Source: Azolla caroliniana
Taxonomy: Eukaryota; Plantae; Polypodiophyta
DNA: 64,000 nucleotides
Direction: 5' to 3'
Assembly (NCBI GenBank): GCA_043228905.1
Contig: JBHGNT010000011.1
Coordinates: 16,864,001 to 16,928,000 of the forward strand
Of this stretch, positions 63,301 to 64,000 are shown in pieces. The notes below the pieces were generated by a model that worked only from the letters and a program-made list of their open reading frames with translations, was not told the DNA's origin and did not search any database. Both the position numbers and the translations under genes were made by a program. Each line of letters begins with the position of its first letter. The first letter of the stretch is position 1.

Positions 63301-63867
63301 TATAGCAAAGAAAACAAAAGTTAGTGTGAATACATAGTTAGGTGTGATTCATAGTTAGGTGTGTCAATACAAATCGTGCAATGTTAAGAATGTATTAATT
63401 CTATTCTTAACAAAATATGCAAGTTTGCTTTTGAAATGCAGGACATATCATTGGTTTCATGTGTAAATGCAACATATTGCCTTGATAAACCTCCAAAGTT
63501 GGTCATAGTAGAGAAAGGCATCTCAGCCAATGCTTTTTTGGATAATGCCGCGTATAGAGAATTCTTACACAATAAATTTGATGTGTCACCTGTGGATATG
63601 GAATCTGCAAGTGTAGCATTGGTATGTTGAAATAAATCATCTAACTAATTTTACTAGAGAAAATAACATATTACAGATCATTGCAAATGATGCAATTTCC
63701 TTTCGAATGTATAGGTTTGTCTCACGAACAATGTCCCTTTTATTGCTATTCGAGCTCTCTCGGACCTTGCAGGGGGTTCATCAGACCTCAATCAAGCGGA
63801 CATCTTCTCCACATTGGCAGCAACAAATGCAGTCATTGTTATGACCAATTTCATCAAGCTAATTTAA
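57385..63867 (+). CDS. Bark storage protein-like / nucleoside phosphorylase (PNP_UDP_1, MTA/SAH nucleosidase fold) secreted protein, 6 exons, ~344 aa
   Basis: Exons 57385-57619, 57714-57781, 59880-60035, 61711-61953, 63442-63621 and 63715-63867, all GT-AG and in frame. Signal peptide. Motifs LGIVVPNAYE, GRRF, VMTGLSMLNAG, VHYGIAGNAN, WAHTGLWNWQRYG, WFQPEEVF, VDMESA, IRALSDLAGG. Confidence 0.94.
58898..59157 (+). repeat. ~129-bp tandem duplication carrying a LINE-type 3' tail (BSP-like intron 2)
   Basis: CCCTTGCC.TGATCATCC...TACTA(A/C)TGAAGGAAATCTTTTTTTGAAAAAAAA..TGTAGCCT occurs twice. Confidence 0.85.
62543..62882. repeat. 170-bp tandem duplication (BSP-like intron 4)
   Basis: GATATT.TAGTAAGCTTGGAGCATGC...TACCTAAGGTAAA occurs at 62543 and 62713. 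Confidence 0.92.
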
Positions 63868-64000
63868 TATGTCGCATGAAATGTTGGACCAAGTGGAAAA
63901 TAATATGTTTGTTTGATTCCCATTCATAAGTCGAACAAATTTCTTTCCCTCCCTTGGTTTCATATATTTCTCATAAACCGTGCTTTTAGTCACTCCAATT

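Overview
Eukaryotic land-plant genomic DNA. A non-seed plant such as a fern is suggested by the LINE and gypsy types, but that is inference only. Three intact intron-containing host genes lie on the + strand: a secreted GH3 beta-glucan exohydrolase (18516-22508), a SWEET sugar transporter (31671-36591) and a secreted bark-storage-protein/nucleoside-phosphorylase-like gene (57385-63867). Bases 1-18 kb are a nested retroelement stack: three related Ty1/copia elements (one intact with apparently identical LTRs, one nested in another's LTR), an older antisense copia and a decayed LINE. Bases 39.5-49.7 kb hold a decayed Athila-like Ty3/gypsy with a large extra sense ORF after pol, interrupted by two solo LTRs with 4-bp TSDs. 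Bases 50.4-54.9 kb hold an L1-clade LINE ORF2. Several short LINE-derived insertions share its 3' tail. The most notable observations are TATA boxes set in covarying inverted repeats in two unrelated LTR families, the 4-bp-TSD LTR family, the conserved LINE 3' tail, the gypsy extra ORF, strong CCGG enrichment in the young copia family, and a SWEET lacking its conserved TM3 Asn. All comparisons were made by eye.
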